Assembly (NCBI GenBank): GCA_002269645.1
Contig: NIVC01003369.1
Coordinates: 1 to 64,000 of the forward strand
Length of the DNA stretch: 64,000 nucleotides
From: Macrostomum lignano
Lineage: Eukaryota
Direction of reading: 5' to 3'
Shown here: positions 63,918 through 64,000 of the stretch, one piece after another
Layout: each line of letters opens with the position of its first letter
Numbering within the stretch: position 1 is the stretch's first letter
The notes under the pieces: model-generated
Database searches by the model: none
Seen by the model: the letters and a program-made list of their open reading frames with translations, nothing else
Told to the model about the DNA's origin: nothing
Made by a program: the position numbers and the translations under genes

Positions 63918-64000
63918 GTAGAGACAGACAGACAGACAGACACTAAGACACTAAGACACTAAGACAGACAGACAGACAGACAGACAGGCGGGCAGACAGA
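63918..64000. repeat. (GACA)n microsatellite running off the window end
   Basis: Directly visible. Confidence 0.9.

Overview
Eukaryotic genomic DNA with GC-rich spliceosomal exons, AT-rich intergenic stretches, and a tandem-repeat array in most introns. The style strongly resembles the flatworm Macrostomum (inference, not proven). Exon chains were rebuilt by hand from splice sites and reading phase. Minus-strand genes: a possible Ig-like exon (142-~760), a UBE2Z-like E2, a Bcl-2 family gene whose 6.2-kb intron holds about 2.8 kb of (TATC)n, and Fuzzy. Plus-strand genes: an intronless 1072-aa matrin-ZnF/RS/RRM-like protein, an OCIA-domain protein, adenylosuccinate lyase, LCMT2/TYW4, an Rdx (SelW-like) protein, an intronless 627-aa orphan, an innexin with a long acidic tail, kish-B/TMEM167B and a PAP2 lipid phosphatase. 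Also present are two copies of a tRNA-derived CORE-like SINE, two degraded non-LTR RT fragments and more than 20 mini/microsatellite arrays. Best leads: (1) the ZnF-RS protein with a duplicated RRM-RRM-Cys/His module; (2) genes lacking a start exon whose first acceptor is in frame with a flatworm spliced-leader AUG; (3) intronic arrays built from splice-site-like units; (4) an unidentified ~170-nt structured element at 15.66-15.84 kb. No prokaryotic-type system or CRISPR array is present. All family assignments come from recalled motifs, not database searches.
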